A model generated the notes under the pieces. The model had not been told where the DNA came from. It did no database searches and saw nothing but the letters and a program-made list of their open reading frames with translations. A stretch of 64,000 nt of DNA from Candidatus Eiseniibacteriota bacterium (GTDB lineage: Bacteria > Eisenbacteria > RBG-16-71-46 > JABDJR01). A program made the translations under genes and the position numbers. Below, piece by piece: positions 61,364 through 64,000 of this stretch. Within the stretch, counting starts at the first letter, position 1. Each line of letters opens with the position of its first letter. The stretch spans positions 224,001-288,000 of the forward strand of contig CAWANH010000029.1 in NCBI GenBank assembly GCA_963783375.1, written 5' to 3'.

Positions 61364-62833
61364 GTGGACCTCCACTGGGAATCGGCGGCGGCGATCGCCG
61401 CCCGCGTCCGCCGGGGCGAACTCACCGCGACCGAGGTCGCCGGGAACGCCCTGGCCCGGATCGACGCCCTGAATCCCGTCGCGGCCGCGTTTCTCACCGT
61501 GACCGGGGACGAAGCCCGGGAAGCCGCGCGGGACGTGGACGCCCGGGTGGCCGCGGGGGAGGATCCCGGACCCCTGGCCGGGGTGCCGGTGGCGGTGAAG
61601 GACAACATCGCCACCCGCGGGGTGCGCACCACCTGCGGCTCGCGGATGCTCGAGACCCACGTATCCCTCTACGACGCCACCGCGGTGGATCGCCTCCGGG
61701 CCGCCGGCGCGGTGGTGGTGGGGAAGACCAACCTGGACGAGTTCGGGATGGGATCCTCCACCGAGAGTTCCGCCTTCGGCGCGGTTCGGAATCCCTGGGG
61801 CGCGGACCGGGTGCCCGGCGGCTCGAGCGGGGGTTCGGCGGCCGCGGTGGCCTCGGGGATGGCCGCGCTGGCCCTGGGGACGGACACCGGCGGCTCCATC
61901 CGCCAGCCGGGCGCTTTTTGCGGACTTCATGCGTTGAAACCCACCTATGGCCGGGTGTCCCGGTTCGGGTTGGTGGCCTACGCCTCCTCGTTCGACCAGA
62001 TCGGCGGCTTCGGGCGGAGCGCCGCGGACCTGGCCCTCCTCTACCGGGTCCTGGCCGGCCCCGACCCGCGGGACTCCACCTCCTCGCCGCGGGCGGTGGA
62101 GGCGGTCGACCCCGGCGCGGACGTGCGGGGGATCCGGATCGGGATCGCCTCGGAGATCCTCGGGCGCCCCGGGATCCAGCCCGAAGTCTCGGCCGCGGTG
62201 CGGGAGGCGGGGGAGACCCTCCGCGAGGCGGGGGCGGCGATCGCCGACGTCGCCCTTCCCGACCCCGAGACCGCGGTGGGGGCGTACTACCTGCTTGCCA
62301 CCGCCGAGGCCTCGAGCAACCTGGCCCGCTACGACGGGGTGCGCTACGGGCTCCGGGTTCCCGGCCCCACCCTCGACGAGACCTACCGCCGCACCCGGAG
62401 CGCGGGGTTCGGCTCGGAGGTGAAGCGGCGGATTCTCCTCGGCACCTACGTCCTCTCCGCCGGCTACTACGACGCCTACTATCTCGAGGCGCAGAAGGCC
62501 CGGGTGCTCCTCAGGCGGAGCTTCGAGCGATTGTTCGAGACCTGCGACCTGCTTCTCCTTCCCACCGCCCCCACCACCGCCTTCCGGCTGGGGGAGAAGA
62601 CCGGCGACCCGGTGGCCATGTACCTCTCCGACGTCTTCACCGTGTTCGCCAACCTTACCGGGATGCCGGGGATGAACGTTCCCGTCGGGTTCGACTCCGA
62701 GGGACTCCCCCTGGGGGTGCAGCTCCTGGCCCCGCGCTGGCGGGAGGACCTGCTGTTCCGGGGCGCGGGGACCCTGGAGCGCGCGCATCCCGATCCCCGC
62801 CGCCGTCCGCCGGAACCGGGGGGCGCGCGATGA
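61364..62833 (+). CDS. gatA: Asp/Glu-tRNA amidotransferase subunit A
   Basis: VKDNI, GKTNLDEFGMGSS, PGGSSGGSA, DTGGSIRQP, SSNLARYDG and RRILLGTYVLSAGYYDAYY. Confidence 0.97.
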   Translation: MDLHWESAAAIAARVRRGELTATEVAGNALARIDALNPVAAAFLTVTGDEAREAARDVDARVAAGEDPGPLAGVPVAVKDNIATRGVRTTCGSRMLETHVSLYDATAVDRLRAAGAVVVGKTNLDEFGMGSSTESSAFGAVRNPWGADRVPGGSSGGSAAAVASGMAALALGTDTGGSIRQPGAFCGLHALKPTYGRVSRFGLVAYASSFDQIGGFGRSAADLALLYRVLAGPDPRDSTSSPRAVEAVDPGADVRGIRIGIASEILGRPGIQPEVSAAVREAGETLREAGAAIADVALPDPETAVGAYYLLATAEASSNLARYDGVRYGLRVPGPTLDETYRRTRSAGFGSEVKRRILLGTYVLSAGYYDAYYLEAQKARVLLRRSFERLFETCDLLLLPTAPTTAFRLGEKTGDPVAMYLSDVFTVFANLTGMPGMNVPVGFDSEGLPLGVQLLAPRWREDLLFRGAGTLERAHPDPRRRPPEPGGAR

Positions 62834-64000
62834 ACGCCCCCACCCGGCTGGCCGAGAAGTACGAGACGGTGATCGGGCTGGAGATCCACGTCCAGCTCCT
62901 CACCCGGACCAAGATCTTCTGCGGCTGTTCGGCGGCCTACGGGGCTCCGCCCAACACCCACGTGTGCCCGGTCTGCCTGGGGCATCCGGGGGTGCTGCCG
63001 GTCCTGAACCGGGAAGCGGTGGCCCTGGCCCTCAAGTTCGGGCTGGCGGTGGGGGCGTCCCCAGAGCCCCGGAGCGTGTTCGCCCGCAAGAACTACTTCT
63101 ATCCCGACCTCCCCAAGGGATACCAGATCAGCCAGTACGAACGCCCGGTCCTGTCGGGCGGAGCGTTGAGCTACTTTCATGACGGAGCGGACCGGTCCAC
63201 ACGCCTGGTCCGGGCCCACCTGGAGGAGGATGCGGGCAAGTCCTTCCACCTGGAGTCGGGACGGGAGCCGGCCACCCTGGTGGACCTGAACCGCGCCGGG
63301 GTGCCGCTCCTGGAGGTGGTGACCGAACCCGATCTCCGTAGCCCGGAGGAGGCCCACGCCCTCCTGGAGCGGCTCCGCCAGCTGGTGGTCTATCTGGGCA
63401 TCTGCGACGGCAACATGGAGGAGGGAAGCCTCCGCGCCGACGCCAACGTCTCGGTCCGGCCGCGCGGTCAGGTCGAGCTCAACCCCAAGACCGAGGTCAA
63501 GAACCTGAACTCCTTCCGGAACGTGGAGCGGGCCCTGGCCTGGGAGATGAAACGGCAGGCCCGGGCTCTGGAGGACGGTGAGGCCCTGATCCAGGCCACC
63601 CGGCTCTGGGACCCCGGGGAAGGGCGCACCCGGGTCATGCGCACCAAGGAGGATGCTCACGACTACCGCTACTTCCCGGACCCGGATCTCCTGCCTCTGG
63701 CGGTGGACCCGGAGTGGGTGGAGACGGTGAGGCGCACCCTCCCCGAGCTCCCCGGGGAGAAGGAGAACCGGCTGTCCCGGGACTACGGCATCCCGCCCGA
63801 AGACGCGGTGGTGTTGGCCGCGTCCTGGGAGATGGCCGACTATTTCGAGACCGCGGCCCGGATCGCCGGGGACGGGAAGGCGGCGGCCAACTGGGTCTTG
63901 ACCGAGATCATGCGCCTGGTGAAGGAATCCCCGGAGGGCCTGGCCGGGATCCGGGTGGATCCGGCCATGCTGGGTCGGATGGTGCGGATGATCGGCGAGG
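62830..64000 (+). CDS. gatB: Asp/Glu-tRNA amidotransferase subunit B (3' truncated by window edge)
   Basis: Read directly from the DNA: YETVIGLEIHVQL, RKNYFYPDLPKGYQISQ, HLEEDAGKS, DLNRAGVPL, EVKNLNSF and DYRYFPDPDL. Confidence 0.97.
   Translation, partial: MNAPTRLAEKYETVIGLEIHVQLLTRTKIFCGCSAAYGAPPNTHVCPVCLGHPGVLPVLNREAVALALKFGLAVGASPEPRSVFARKNYFYPDLPKGYQISQYERPVLSGGALSYFHDGADRSTRLVRAHLEEDAGKSFHLESGREPATLVDLNRAGVPLLEVVTEPDLRSPEEAHALLERLRQLVVYLGICDGNMEEGSLRADANVSVRPRGQVELNPKTEVKNLNSFRNVERALAWEMKRQARALEDGEALIQATRLWDPGEGRTRVMRTKEDAHDYRYFPDPDLLPLAVDPEWVETVRRTLPELPGEKENRLSRDYGIPPEDAVVLAASWEMADYFETAARIAGDGKAAANWVLTEIMRLVKESPEGLAGIRVDPAMLGRMVRMIGE

Overview
A 64-kb, GC-rich (about 70% by eye) stretch of bacterial core chromosome from a diderm organism. 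A FlgD-Ig-tailed secreted protein, Omp85/TamB genes and a bacilliredoxin are compatible with an FCB-adjacent lineage such as Eisenbacteria/Krumholzibacteria, but this is inference only. The housekeeping content is: a split complex I cluster (nuoD-nuoG-nuoI), icd, nrnA-dnaJ-rsmE, rpsU-mutS2-dnaG-rpoD, two superoxide dismutases, asnB, tRNA-Ile2(CAT), tRNA-Val(CAC), RNase HI, RNase P RNA, recJ-relA/spoT-dtd-maf-mtnA, rplM-rpsI-rpsB-tsf-pyrH-frr-uppS-cdsA-dxr-GT4-rseP-Omp85-tamB, pcrA/uvrD and gatCAB. I found no mobile elements, integrases or CRISPR arrays. The most notable observations are four. (1) The NADP-isocitrate dehydrogenase carries a CxxC-x9-CxxC metal-ribbon insertion in the loop beside the Ser113-equivalent regulatory residue, with a Fur-like box upstream. 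(2) A PEBP/RKIP-like gene and a membrane Ser/Thr kinase-TPR gene converge on and overlap a small DP-EP-like, possibly self-cleaving, beta protein. (3) A four-gene envelope operon is built on a metallopeptidase-propeller-Omp85 fusion. (4) asnB, dxr and rseP are each broken by a 1-nt loss in a G-homopolymer, most likely a sequencing error. All calls come from reading motifs; no database searches were run.
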